Shown here in pieces: positions 38,399 through 48,887 of a DNA stretch of 64,000 bases. A program made the position numbers and the translations under genes. The DNA lies in NCBI GenBank assembly GCA_037447435.1, contig JBBIGR010000016.1:1-64000 (forward strand). The letters run 5' to 3'. The notes beneath the pieces were generated by a model. It ran no database searches and had not been told where the DNA came from. It worked only from the letters and a program-made list of their open reading frames with translations. The DNA comes from Fibrobacteria bacterium (GTDB lineage Bacteria > Fibrobacterota > Chitinivibrionia > Chitinivibrionales > FEN-1185). Numbering within the stretch: the stretch's first letter is position 1; every line of letters starts with the position of its first letter.

Positions 38399-38512
38399 AT
38401 GGGAAATGTTTTCGGAGCTCTCAAACGTGAGATCGATTTAATTGACCTTGATGAAAAAAATCCCTTTGTAGAATATTTAAAAAAGTTCGGAGAACTTCGT
38501 CGTATCCTCTGA
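38399..38512 (+). pseudogene. C-terminal fragment of a second MNT nucleotidyltransferase
   Basis: MGNVFGALKREIDLIDLDEKNPFVEYLKKFGELRRIL resembles MNT C-termini; no GS/DxD half upstream. Confidence 0.5.
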
Positions 38513-38612
38513 AGCTTGATCTCAATTATTTATCCTCAATACCTTTCCCCGATAGCCCTGTTCGGTAATTTATATTTCTTTGGTCACAAAAAAAGCATCA
38601 ACCAGGACATGT

Positions 38613-39554
38613 ATGGACGAACAAATAAATAACCCTCAGGAAAACATCGAAGAGCAGAATAGTTCAGAGCCGCAAGCGCCATTAGCCGAAACCCCGGAAA
38701 TTGAAACCGGAAATGATTCTGTAGAGGTTAAGCCGGTAAAAGCCGGTGTAAAAAAGGCCAAAGAGCAAAAACCCGAGGATGTTGAAGAAGACCTGGAAAT
38801 TCCGCAAAACGCCGCGCCCGACAATCCGCTGCGCGTTTTAGAGGCATTATTGTTTGCCGCAGACGAACTTCTAACGACCGATAGAATAAAAACGATTGTT
38901 CCGGGCCAGCCGGATGCGCGCAAAATCAGGCAAATGGTCGACAAGCTCAACGTGCAATTTTCCAAAGAACGGCATCCTTTTGAAATCGTCGAAATCGGCG
39001 GCGGATATCAATTCCGTACTATATCCTATTATTATCCCTGGGTGGTTCAACTATTCAAGGAAAAGAGCGCGAAAAAGCTCTCGATTCAATCGCTGGAATG
39101 TCTTGCCATCATTGCATATAAGCAACCGATCACCAAGGCGGAAATCGAGCAGGTTCGCGGCGTGCTTTCCGACGGTGCCATGAAAACCCTTCTTGAAAAG
39201 CGGCTTGTCGCGATTTCAGGTCGCAGCGATAAAGCCGGGCGCCCGTTGCTTTATTCCACGTCCAAAGAATTTCTCGCCTATTTCGGCATTAATAAAATCG
39301 CCGATTTGCCGCGTATCGAAGAGTTCGAGGTAATGGCAAAGGAAAAACTCGGCGAGCTTACCGAAACCGAATTGCAAGTGATAGAGCATGAAAAAACCGT
39401 TGCAATGCCCGAAAATGCCGGAGAAAATGCAGACGGTTCCGCAGCCGAGGCTGCAACAACGGAAACCGAAACGCCGCAATCGAATGATGCCCCGCAGGCA
39501 ATTGCCGATACAAGCGAGCAGGTCGCTTCCGAAGAAACACCGCAAGACCAATAA
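38613..39554 (+). CDS. scpB: SMC-Scp complex subunit ScpB
   Basis: LEALLFA, GGYQ.RT, LE.LAIIAYKQPITKAEIE..RGV, GRP.LY.T..EFL..FG. Confidence 0.93.
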   Translation: MDEQINNPQENIEEQNSSEPQAPLAETPEIETGNDSVEVKPVKAGVKKAKEQKPEDVEEDLEIPQNAAPDNPLRVLEALLFAADELLTTDRIKTIVPGQPDARKIRQMVDKLNVQFSKERHPFEIVEIGGGYQFRTISYYYPWVVQLFKEKSAKKLSIQSLECLAIIAYKQPITKAEIEQVRGVLSDGAMKTLLEKRLVAISGRSDKAGRPLLYSTSKEFLAYFGINKIADLPRIEEFEVMAKEKLGELTETELQVIEHEKTVAMPENAGENADGSAAEAATTETETPQSNDAPQAIADTSEQVASEETPQDQ

Positions 39555-39557
39555 CCT

Positions 39558-42290
39558 ATGACAGCCGCTTCATCCCAATCGCCGCAAGACTCGCTCACCC
39601 CGCTTATGCGGCAGTATAATTCCATCAAAGACAAAAACCCGGAAACCGTGCTTCTCTATCGTATGGGCGATTTTTACGAAATGTTCAACGACGATGCGAA
39701 AATCGCGTCCAAGGTCCTTGGTCTTACCTTGACGTCACGGAATCACGGCAGCGCCGAAGACGTTCCCTTGGCCGGTTTTCCCTATCATGCGCTCGACCGC
39801 TACGCGAACAAGCTTGTCCGCGCGGGCCATAAAATAGCGATATGCGAACAAACCGAAGATCCGAAGACGGCAAAGGGAATTGTCAAACGCGACATCATCG
39901 AGGTGATAACCGCGGGAACGGCGACCGAAGATAATTTCATCGAGGAAAAAAGCAATAATTTCATCGTGGCCATCGTGCCTTCTTCGGCACGCGAAAACCC
40001 GGCCGCAAAACCGCAAACCGATGCCGCCGATGCGGCGTGGGGTTTTGCGATTTGCGACTTGTCGACCGGCCGTTTCGAGGTCGAACAATTGGCGGAAAAA
40101 AACATCGTCGAAGAACTCGTCCGCATCGATCCGTCGGAAATCGTTTGCAGCGATTCCGAAAACAACCCGCTTTTGCCGATCGTCGCGCAGCACATGAGAA
40201 ACGTCGTGCTTTCCAAATACGACTCATGGAAATTTTCCTATGAAAACGCGGCGCAATGTTTACAAAATCATTTCGGCGTTCTTTCTTTATCGGGACTGGG
40301 CCTGGAATCATTTTCAAGCGGCACCTGCGCCGCGGGCGGATTGCTTCTGTACCTCAAGGAACAAAAGCGGAACGATTTGAAACATATCACCACGCTTATT
40401 CCGCGTTCCCTGTCCGAATTTGCGGACCTCGATCCGTCTACGATTCGCAACCTCGAATTACTCCGGCCCATGCATTCCGACGATTCGGGCGGTACTCTTT
40501 TATCGGTACTCGACAAAACAAGCACGGCAATGGGCGGAAGGCTCATGCGCAGCTGGATAACGCATCCGCTTAAAAATGTCGACCATATCAATAAACGCCT
40601 GGATTGCGTCGCGTGGCTAAAGTCCGATGTTTTCGTGCGCGGCGAAACCGAACAATACCTGCGGCATGTCGCCGATCTCGAACGCCTCATCGGCCGCATA
40701 ACCTTTGAACGCGCAAACGGGCGCGACGTCGTGGCGCTCGCGCGCTCCTGCGAAATATTCCCCAAGATCATCAAACTGCTCATGGCGTCGCCGTGCGAAC
40801 CGATCGGGCGGATTTGCAACGCCCTCGACGGCTTTGAAGAAACCGTTGCATCGATAAAGAACCTGATCGTGGACAGTCCGCCTTTGTCAATTAAGGAAGG
40901 CGGGTTGATAAAGCCGGGGATCAGCGCCGAACTCGATGAAATAAAAAGTGCGTCCGTCAACGGGAAGCAGTGGATCGCGGCCCTGCAGGAGTCGGAACGG
41001 AAACGGACCGGCATCGGGTCCCTCAAAGTCGGGTATAACAGGGTGTTCGGGTATTACATCGAAATCTCGAAAGCGAATTCAACGTCCGTTCCCGAAGATT
41101 ACATCCGCAAACAGACGCTTGTCAATGGCGAGCGGTTCATAACGCCGGAACTAAAGGAAATGGAATCCAAGATCCTGGGGGCCGAGGAGAAATCCGCCAC
41201 GCTCGAATACGAACTTTTCCTGAAACTGCGCTCGTCGATAGCCGCGCAATGCGTTCGCATTCAAAAGGCGGGATCGGCAATCGCCATGCTCGACGCGTTT
41301 GTTTCCTTGTCGCGCGTTGCGGCGGAAAACCTGTACTGTCGTCCCATTTTAAATACCAAATCCGATATGATCATCAAAGACGGCAGGCATCCGGTCGTCG
41401 AACGCATGATCGGCGCAGGAGAACAATTCGTACCAAACGACACTGAGATCAAGGCCGATTCATCGCAAATACTGCTCATTACCGGACCCAACATGGCGGG
41501 AAAATCGACGTATCTTCGCCAGAATGCGCTGATCGCGTTGATGGCGCAAATGGGTTCATTCGTCCCTGCCGCAGCCGCGGAAATAGGAATTGTCGATAAA
41601 TTCTATACCCGGGTCGGCGCCTCCGATCGTCTGGCCCGCGGGCAAAGTACGTTTTTAGTGGAAATGATCGAAGTTGCCGACATTCTCAATAACGCGACCG
41701 ACAAAAGCTTCGTGTTGCTTGACGAAGTAGGACGCGGCACTTCCACGTTCGACGGTATCAGTATAGCCTGGGCCGTGGCCGAATACCTCCACGAAACAAC
41801 GGGGCACAAAAGCCGAACGGTATTTGCGACGCATTATCATGAACTCACGGAACTTGCCCTGCTGCTGCCGCGCATAAAAAATTTACATATTAAAGTCAAG
41901 GAATGGAACGACCGGATCATTTTCCTGAGAAAAATCGACGACGGCAGTTGCGATCATTCATATGGAATACAGGTTGCGCGCTTGGCGGGAGTCCCGAAAT
42001 CCGTTATTATCCGGGCAAAGGAAATCCTTGCCAATCTGGAAAATATGGAACTTACGCCGGACCATAAACCGGTTCTTGCGCGGCATCCGAGCGAAAAAGC
42101 CGCAAAAAGCAATGGGAAGCAAATCGATTTATTCGCATCCGACGACGGCGTGCAACTCAATATGATCGATTCGCTCAAAGGCGAAATTTTGCAGGAACTT
42201 TTACATTTAGATGTCAATCATCTCACGCCGCTGGACGCATTGAATGTGCTTTCCGAGCTTGCAAAAAAAGCGGGAAACAGTGCGGGTTAA
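39558..42290 (+). CDS. mutS: DNA mismatch repair protein MutS
   Basis: TP.M.QY, RMGDFYE.F, TGPNMAGKSTYLRQ, STFLVEM, DEVGRGTST, FATHYHEL. Confidence 0.98.
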   Translation: MTAASSQSPQDSLTPLMRQYNSIKDKNPETVLLYRMGDFYEMFNDDAKIASKVLGLTLTSRNHGSAEDVPLAGFPYHALDRYANKLVRAGHKIAICEQTEDPKTAKGIVKRDIIEVITAGTATEDNFIEEKSNNFIVAIVPSSARENPAAKPQTDAADAAWGFAICDLSTGRFEVEQLAEKNIVEELVRIDPSEIVCSDSENNPLLPIVAQHMRNVVLSKYDSWKFSYENAAQCLQNHFGVLSLSGLGLESFSSGTCAAGGLLLYLKEQKRNDLKHITTLIPRSLSEFADLDPSTIRNLELLRPMHSDDSGGTLLSVLDKTSTAMGGRLMRSWITHPLKNVDHINKRLDCVAWLKSDVFVRGETEQYLRHVADLERLIGRITFERANGRDVVALARSCEIFPKIIKLLMASPCEPIGRICNALDGFEETVASIKNLIVDSPPLSIKEGGLIKPGISAELDEIKSASVNGKQWIAALQESERKRTGIGSLKVGYNRVFGYYIEISKANSTSVPEDYIRKQTLVNGERFITPELKEMESKILGAEEKSATLEYELFLKLRSSIAAQCVRIQKAGSAIAMLDAFVSLSRVAAENLYCRPILNTKSDMIIKDGRHPVVERMIGAGEQFVPNDTEIKADSSQILLITGPNMAGKSTYLRQNALIALMAQMGSFVPAAAAEIGIVDKFYTRVGASDRLARGQSTFLVEMIEVADILNNATDKSFVLLDEVGRGTSTFDGISIAWAVAEYLHETTGHKSRTVFATHYHELTELALLLPRIKNLHIKVKEWNDRIIFLRKIDDGSCDHSYGIQVARLAGVPKSVIIRAKEILANLENMELTPDHKPVLARHPSEKAAKSNGKQIDLFASDDGVQLNMIDSLKGEILQELLHLDVNHLTPLDALNVLSELAKKAGNSAG

Positions 42291-45200
42291 GGCGAAGAAA
42301 AAGTTATGAGCGTGCTGCCGGGTTTCTGGTTTTCATAACACAATTTAAAGTAACTCGGACTCAATGCTTTGTTGCAAATTCTGGCTTCGTCTATGCTTCC
42401 GTTGAAACTTTCCTGCGGCCGTAAAGACCAATCGCCCATGGTAAAGGGCGTCGTACTGGTTTGAAAGATGCCGGGATGAGAAACCGCGGATACTTTTGTC
42501 CCATTAACATATAAAGACGCCGTGTCCCCGTTATACGTGCTTGCCAGGTAGGTCCAGGTATTGATAGGCAGCGCCGCGGGACTCACGGCCGTTACGGTGT
42601 CCCCATCCCTGAAGCTTATTTTTATCTGGGTCTTTGCAGGATAATTTCCAATTGTTTCCAACGAAAATACGACAAAAGGGGATATGTAGGATTGCATTCC
42701 TTTCACAAGAATTTTTGACCATTGCCCATACGAAATCGGGTATACCCAGGCGCTCATCGACATCGTTGTTGTCAACGGAGGGTTTCCGAGGGAGATATAA
42801 TTATTTTTGGTAAAGCTATCGGCGTAGGCTATGACTCCTTTGCTTTGTATAAAGTCTACGAGGCCCGAGCCGCCCGTGCCGGCATACTTGGATTGCGCCG
42901 AATTTGCGTTTGAGTTTTTTGCAGCGTCCGAACAATGCCAAACGCCCTGATAACCAAGGGCGGTATCAAAAACCGCAGTACCGTTTTGCCCGTTGATGCC
43001 GGATTTATTTCCCCAGGAAATTCGCAAATAGTTGACATTGCTGTTTGCGTAAATGGTGTCGGCAAGCACCCAAACGGCGGCAGCACCGGCGGCACTGTCC
43101 CAAAATTCGATTTCAAAAGGCAAAGCGGTTCCGTCTAATTTGGTAAACCTGATATCGCTGCCGGTTTTGGTGGAAGAATCGAAGGAGAAATTCGTTTTAT
43201 CAAGCCGGACCAGCAGCGGAAATTTTACGACGTTCTCGTAAATTTGTATGCCGCCCACCGACGTATTCAAGGTCAGGGTTTTTCCCGCAGTCGAGACATA
43301 AGAGATGAAAAATGTGGCCGAATCGGAATGAAGCGCTTTGTCCGTGACGATGATGCGCACGGTGTCCTTCAGTTTCGCGGTTGCGGATTTCGGATTTAAA
43401 ATCACCATGAATTTCCGGGTGTCGTCTATGCCGATTACGGATTGGCTTTGCGGCCATCGTATCGTCGCGGTAAGTTGTTCCGCATAAACGGGATCCGGAT
43501 CATTGACGCTGACAAACAGGGTTTCCGGCTTTGTCGTGCGCGATAAATCCAGCTCGTTTTTATCGGTAAACGGAATCGCATACGTTACCTGAATTTTACA
43601 CGGCCGGTTCGGCGGTACGACCAGGATTGTCGACTCCACGGTGTCGCCGCGTCCGTATTTGTCTGCCATCGTGATCCATATATCGACCACCCCGGTGTCG
43701 CTCATCGTCGGAACCCATTGCAGCCGACGCTCGGTTTTATTGACAAGGGGCTTTGTCAATTGGCGGTCGCCCGACGTTGTATTGACAAGAAAGGTAATCG
43801 GGTCGCTTGCCGTGTCTTTGGGCTGTACCAGCAATAAATTCAAAGTGTCTTTTCCAACCTCAAGAACCTTTGGAATACTATCGACCGAAAAAGCGAATCG
43901 TGTGGGCGGCGGCAATGTCGTTGCTTTCATGACAAGACATTTTACCGTATAGGGCACGTATTCGTAACCGTCGGTAAGGGTGAAGATAAGGGTTTGGACG
44001 CCGGTATCTTTTTCCTGGGGGACCCAGGTGAAACTGTTTTTACCCGCAATGTTCGAAAATCCCGATAGCGAAGGGAGAATCAACGAGATTTTATCGTCGG
44101 GATCGGGATCGATTCCCTGATAGGTGTAAACGCCGAGTTGATTGGTAATGACATACGCAGGAATATTCGGATAACTGAAAAATTGGGGCGGATGGTTGAT
44201 TTTCACAATTATCAGTTGCGTCGTTTTATTATGATTTTTGTCAAAAGCCGATATTTCGATGGAGTCGGTCCGGCTGACGCCGTTCAATTGCGCTATGTCG
44301 TACCAAATCAAACCGGGCGCATCCGTCGATACCGGCAATTTCACACGGTTCACGGTGACGCTGTCGACGCTGGACGCTTCATCGTAGGCAATAATCCGGA
44401 TCGATGCATTGTCGAGGGGCGTATATATGACGGACTGGCTTTTATCTATAATTTTATCATTCATGAAAATCTGCATCGCCGGCCCGATCGTGTCCACCTG
44501 GTTTTTGTTGTAAATGATAGTCAGCGAATCGAAGCCGATCGTGTCGGTTTTAAGGAATTGGGAAAGGACAGTGATCTTGTTCGTGTCGCTTGTCAATGAG
44601 CAGGGCATGGACCAATGTACCGGGGAACCGATGCCCGAATTCGGTGCAACCACGACGGTATCGACGGTATTTGACCGGGTACCGTTCATCCAAAGCTTCA
44701 CCATTGCCTTTGCCGTATCGGGAGTAAAATTTTCAAAATAGCCGAGTATGGTTTTGTCTTTTACCGAGCTGGTTGTGGTACTCCGCGAAGGAGGGCTTGA
44801 AATATAAAAGTTAATACCGCTTCCCTTTCCGACCGAAGGATCGAAACTGAGGTAATACGTTTTATAAGACGTGTCCCGCGAACCGGTGTTTGCGACCGCT
44901 TTGACCAAATAGGGATGCGGCGTTTTATATGTTTCCATATTGTCTATTATTTTCACGAATTGGGAACCTTGTGAAATCGAAAAGGGAGCGTTATTTACAA
45001 ATGCGGTAAAATTAGGGGCTAAAAGAGCGCTGTCCGAAATCGAAATTTGCAAATAAAAAACGGAATCGGCGGTTATGATTATGCTGTCGTTTCGAACCCG
45101 GTTGCCGCATTTGATGATCGGATGGAATGTGTCTTGCAATGTCGGAAAGAAACGGTATACGGGCGATTTATGGTTTCCGTCGAGATCGGAAACCCAAAGT

Positions 45201-45790
45201 TGTCCCGAATCGGAAAGCGGTTGGGTATACAGGACCTTGAACGTCGTGTCCGGGTTGGGAGAAACAATAATGGTATTGTTGCCGAGATCCCAATGATACA
45301 TGACGTCGTTGTCCGAAACCTTCGCTGTCGAAAGGGTAATAGATTTGCCGTAACAACCGACGACCGGCCGCGGCAAAAGCGGGGATTTGCAAAACAGGGA
45401 ATATTCCGTGACGATTTTTTCTATGCCGTGACGATAGGTCGTTATCTCAATTTCCATTGTTCCGGTGTCGCAAAAAGAAAATAAAAACGAATACGGTTTT
45501 GCGGGCAGCATGGTTTCGTTTGAATCCGGTTTTAAGGAAACGATGTCGTGTGCACGCCGGTTTTGTTTTGCCACGCAGGTAATGGAATCGACAAGCTCGC
45601 GTACTTCGACCTTGAGCGAAAGAGTTTCCGTTGCAAATATGTTGACGGTATCGAAATTCTTAAAGGATACGGAAAAAACGGAAGCCCGCGCATTGGCCGG
45701 ATCGGTAAACGGGTTGTAATCGCGGGTGCATACGCATATGGAAAGGAGCGCAATGACCGAAAAAATAAAAATATGTTTAACTTGGTTCAT
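42287..45790 (-). CDS. large exported protein with Ig-like repeats, DUF2341 and LamG domains
   Basis: FPLLVRL...F.F......G.DIRF...DG..L.FEIE.W; C-terminal W..LA.TYNG...LYVNG...F.G.IDE.R. Confidence 0.85.
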   Translation of the reverse strand: MNQVKHIFIFSVIALLSICVCTRDYNPFTDPANARASVFSVSFKNFDTVNIFATETLSLKVEVRELVDSITCVAKQNRRAHDIVSLKPDSNETMLPAKPYSFLFSFCDTGTMEIEITTYRHGIEKIVTEYSLFCKSPLLPRPVVGCYGKSITLSTAKVSDNDVMYHWDLGNNTIIVSPNPDTTFKVLYTQPLSDSGQLWVSDLDGNHKSPVYRFFPTLQDTFHPIIKCGNRVRNDSIIITADSVFYLQISISDSALLAPNFTAFVNNAPFSISQGSQFVKIIDNMETYKTPHPYLVKAVANTGSRDTSYKTYYLSFDPSVGKGSGINFYISSPPSRSTTTSSVKDKTILGYFENFTPDTAKAMVKLWMNGTRSNTVDTVVVAPNSGIGSPVHWSMPCSLTSDTNKITVLSQFLKTDTIGFDSLTIIYNKNQVDTIGPAMQIFMNDKIIDKSQSVIYTPLDNASIRIIAYDEASSVDSVTVNRVKLPVSTDAPGLIWYDIAQLNGVSRTDSIEISAFDKNHNKTTQLIIVKINHPPQFFSYPNIPAYVITNQLGVYTYQGIDPDPDDKISLILPSLSGFSNIAGKNSFTWVPQEKDTGVQTLIFTLTDGYEYVPYTVKCLVMKATTLPPPTRFAFSVDSIPKVLEVGKDTLNLLLVQPKDTASDPITFLVNTTSGDRQLTKPLVNKTERRLQWVPTMSDTGVVDIWITMADKYGRGDTVESTILVVPPNRPCKIQVTYAIPFTDKNELDLSRTTKPETLFVSVNDPDPVYAEQLTATIRWPQSQSVIGIDDTRKFMVILNPKSATAKLKDTVRIIVTDKALHSDSATFFISYVSTAGKTLTLNTSVGGIQIYENVVKFPLLVRLDKTNFSFDSSTKTGSDIRFTKLDGTALPFEIEFWDSAAGAAAVWVLADTIYANSNVNYLRISWGNKSGINGQNGTAVFDTALGYQGVWHCSDAAKNSNANSAQSKYAGTGGSGLVDFIQSKGVIAYADSFTKNNYISLGNPPLTTTMSMSAWVYPISYGQWSKILVKGMQSYISPFVVFSLETIGNYPAKTQIKISFRDGDTVTAVSPAALPINTWTYLASTYNGDTASLYVNGTKVSAVSHPGIFQTSTTPFTMGDWSLRPQESFNGSIDEARICNKALSPSYFKLCYENQKPGSTLITFSSP

Positions 45791-45817
45791 TGTAACTTGC
45801 TATTTGTTAACAAATCG

Positions 45818-46729
45818 TTAATATCTGAACGACCAGCAAAATTCAAATGCGCCTAAAAGGCCGATGGCGTAGCCGACGATCATTCCGGTCATATCGTTAT
45901 TCAGTTTTTTCATTGCGTCGCTATGGTTAACGCTCAACGAATTCACCCTGTCTGCATCGATTGCTTTCAGATTGTCGTTGGCGCTGCTTGTCTGAATGGA
46001 ATAAATCGCCCCAAAAGCGCTTCCGATGAAAAACACGGCCAAACCGCCGAACCGGTAGGTGTTTCTTTTAAAAGAATCCGGGTCAGAGAGAATTTTCGCC
46101 GGCACGCCGTCGACGGTCGCATTCTTTCGGGAAAGCGAGTACGAAAACGGTCCGGCGGTAACGGTCTGCGGCATGCCTTCGATTGTGAGGTTGGCCCTGC
46201 CGTTATCGTGGAATTGGCTATTGATAATCCTGATGAACTTGGTCAGGGTATTGATACCGTACACGGAATAGGATATTTCCATATTTTGAATGTCGGTGCC
46301 GATTGCATCGTCGTGAATGAAAATACCGTTCCAATCGTAGGGGTTTGGGTTCATTGCCGCTTCGGTATTGAAGCGACGGTCATTTTCGGAAGAAAATACG
46401 ACGGGCTTTTCCATCGTTCCGCCAACGGTAAGAGTTCCTTGCACATGCAGTCCGGTAAAATTCTTAAATAGCAAAACCGTGCCCGCGGTGATGACGACCG
46501 ATTTTCCCGCAGGCACGTAAATGTCGGAATTGATCAGGTACGGGCCTTTTTCCGCCCGAACGGTATCCGGCAAGTCGCCGACCAATACGGCGAATTTTAA
46601 TTGGCCGCAAAAGGCAATAGAAAAAAAAACGAGTATGACACTCGCAATTTTAACTCCGAACTCCCTCCTTCGCTTTGGCTTGGGAGGAGTTTTTACTGCG
46701 GTATAGTTGCCAATACGTGTGGAAATCAT
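45818..46729 (-). CDS. parallel beta-helix domain protein with C-terminal TM helices
   Basis: PY....DI.VP.G....I..GT, V.G.L...GT...PV.F.S, DWNGI. Confidence 0.75.
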   Translation of the reverse strand: MISTRIGNYTAVKTPPKPKRRREFGVKIASVILVFFSIAFCGQLKFAVLVGDLPDTVRAEKGPYLINSDIYVPAGKSVVITAGTVLLFKNFTGLHVQGTLTVGGTMEKPVVFSSENDRRFNTEAAMNPNPYDWNGIFIHDDAIGTDIQNMEISYSVYGINTLTKFIRIINSQFHDNGRANLTIEGMPQTVTAGPFSYSLSRKNATVDGVPAKILSDPDSFKRNTYRFGGLAVFFIGSAFGAIYSIQTSSANDNLKAIDADRVNSLSVNHSDAMKKLNNDMTGMIVGYAIGLLGAFEFCWSFRY

Positions 46730-48588
46730 CCTTTGATCTCTTTTCCCTTTTCACCGATTCTCTGCATTTCGAGTACCGCTTTTTGGAAATAATTGTGTTC
46801 CGGTGTTGTTCGGAAAAGCAATTTCACTTCAAACCAACTGTCAAGCGCGTTCTTCATTGTCGCCTGGCTGGGATGGCTATCGAATTCTTTGCCGTAGCAT
46901 AACGCTTTGTAATACAGCATTTCCTGACGGAGTGTGGCATTGTTTAAAAAATCGCAACGCGTTTTGGAAGCCATGTCCAAATAAGAAAGGCATTTTATGG
47001 AATTGTTTTCTCGAAACGATTGCCGGGCTTTTATGAGAAAAAATTCTCCGTCTTCAACGGACTGCGTTGAAAGCACTAAAGAAACGGCCGAATAATTTTG
47101 AATCGATTCGAGCATTCGCAATTGGAACAAAATCACGCTTTTTTGCGATTTTTGCCCTAAAGAAAGCAGCATGAAAACTTTTTGCGCCTGCTGCAGGTGG
47201 CCGGCTTTGACTTCGCGAATAAATATTTCAGCCAAATCGTCGGTGCCGTATTGCTGTTTCAAATCGGATAAAAAAAGATCGCCGGCAGGGGGTTTTTTGT
47301 CGTCGATTTTTTCCTGCGGAGCCTTTAACAAAGTTGCCGTTACGGAAGAGAGCTTGGCTTTTTGAGGTTTAACCGCCTCTGGTTTTTGCGCTTTTTCCTG
47401 CTTTACCTGCGAAATATTCGGTTCATTTATCACGACCACAGGTTCGGGTGTTTTTTTATGTGCATGGCTTTTGACCTGACGGATAAACAGTATCGTGCAG
47501 GATAAGAAAGCGACCGCGGCTAAAAATGAAACAGCTTGCTTTATAGGATATTGACGTTTTAATGAAACAACGGTTTTGGCATTGGATTCCGTGTTCATGA
47601 AGCTGCTCATGACGCTTTCGGGCGATAGCGACGTGACGCTTTTGTGGATTTTGGTGAGCTCTGCGACCATTTCCTCGGCGCTTGAGGGCCGTTTTTCACG
47701 GTCGCGGTTCATGCATTTTTGAATCAGTCGCTTGAGGCGCGCAGGGATGCGTACGGCAAACGAATCGAGCGGTCTGTATTCGTTTTTGATCTTATGCATC
47801 ATCAGCGTGGATATATTGCTTTCAGGGAACGCTTTCGTACCGGTAATCGATTCGTACAATACGGCGGAAAGCGAGTAAATGTCGGTGCGTATGTCGGCCG
47901 ATTTTCCTTCCAAAAGCTCGGGCGAAAGATATTGCATTGTTCCAAGCACCGAAGAATTGTCCGTCGTATGTATGGAGGCGTCGATGGGGCGTGCAACGCC
48001 GAAATCCATCAATTTGACAACGCCGGAATTGGAGACCATAATATTATTGGGTTTTAAATCCCTGTGAATGATGCCGTGATATGTTTGGCCATAAAGGGTG
48101 TATTCGTGATTGTGGGCATAGGAGAGCGCCCTGCCGATCAGGATGCCGATAGAGGTACAAACCTCAACGGGTAAACCGCCGCGATCGGTTATAAGTTTAT
48201 CGACAGTGCATCCGTCTACTTTTTCCATCTCGATATACGGCAAGGCGTTCCATTCGCCGACCGCATGGATTTCAACGATATTCGGATGATTAAGCTTGGC
48301 AGTGATTTTTATTTCGGTTTCGAACCGTTGTTTGGAATCCAGGGAATAATTAGGGTGCAATAATTTAACGGCCCGTTTCACTTCGAGATGGGAATTCCAA
48401 ATTTCATATACATTGGACATTCCGCCGATTCCGAGAATGGAGGTAATGGTTCCTGAACCAAGGGGTAAAGGTTTGGTTCCATCAGGCAAAATAACGACAT
48501 GAGGCACTTTTTTTAACGTAAAGGCGCCATTATTTTCCGTCTTTTTTAACGGTGTTTTTCGTGTATCGCTATTATCCATTGAAACCAA
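46726..48588 (-). CDS. membrane Ser/Thr protein kinase (PknB-like)
   Basis: G.GGMS.VY, AVK, HRDLKPNN, DFG, GT.QYLSPE; one TM helix; helical extracytoplasmic domain. Confidence 0.92.
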   Translation of the reverse strand: MVSMDNSDTRKTPLKKTENNGAFTLKKVPHVVILPDGTKPLPLGSGTITSILGIGGMSNVYEIWNSHLEVKRAVKLLHPNYSLDSKQRFETEIKITAKLNHPNIVEIHAVGEWNALPYIEMEKVDGCTVDKLITDRGGLPVEVCTSIGILIGRALSYAHNHEYTLYGQTYHGIIHRDLKPNNIMVSNSGVVKLMDFGVARPIDASIHTTDNSSVLGTMQYLSPELLEGKSADIRTDIYSLSAVLYESITGTKAFPESNISTLMMHKIKNEYRPLDSFAVRIPARLKRLIQKCMNRDREKRPSSAEEMVAELTKIHKSVTSLSPESVMSSFMNTESNAKTVVSLKRQYPIKQAVSFLAAVAFLSCTILFIRQVKSHAHKKTPEPVVVINEPNISQVKQEKAQKPEAVKPQKAKLSSVTATLLKAPQEKIDDKKPPAGDLFLSDLKQQYGTDDLAEIFIREVKAGHLQQAQKVFMLLSLGQKSQKSVILFQLRMLESIQNYSAVSLVLSTQSVEDGEFFLIKARQSFRENNSIKCLSYLDMASKTRCDFLNNATLRQEMLYYKALCYGKEFDSHPSQATMKNALDSWFEVKLLFRTTPEHNYFQKAVLEMQRIGEKGKEIKG

Positions 48589-48834
48589 AAACGTAAAAAA
48601 TGGTGTAATGCTATAAAAAACAAAAACTTAAACAATATAGAGCCGGGCACAAAATTATGGCTTTTTTTTGAGAAAATAAACCATTATATATAATATTATA
48701 AATATGGCTTTTTTTCAACCGAATTCCAAAGAATAAAACGGAAATACGCGCAATATTTTCGAATTAATCGAATAGCAAATGTTAAAAAAATAAAAAACAA
48801 AAATGAGGAAAAAAAAGCGGCCAAATTGAATGCT

Positions 48835-48862
48835 GTAGAGACGTAGCGTGCTACGTCTCTAC
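48835..48862. repeat. GTAG-type REP palindrome
   Basis: GTAGAGACGTAGCGTGCTACGTCTCTAC. Confidence 0.85.
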
Positions 48863-48887
48863 ATAAAGTGATATAACAATAGCAAAA

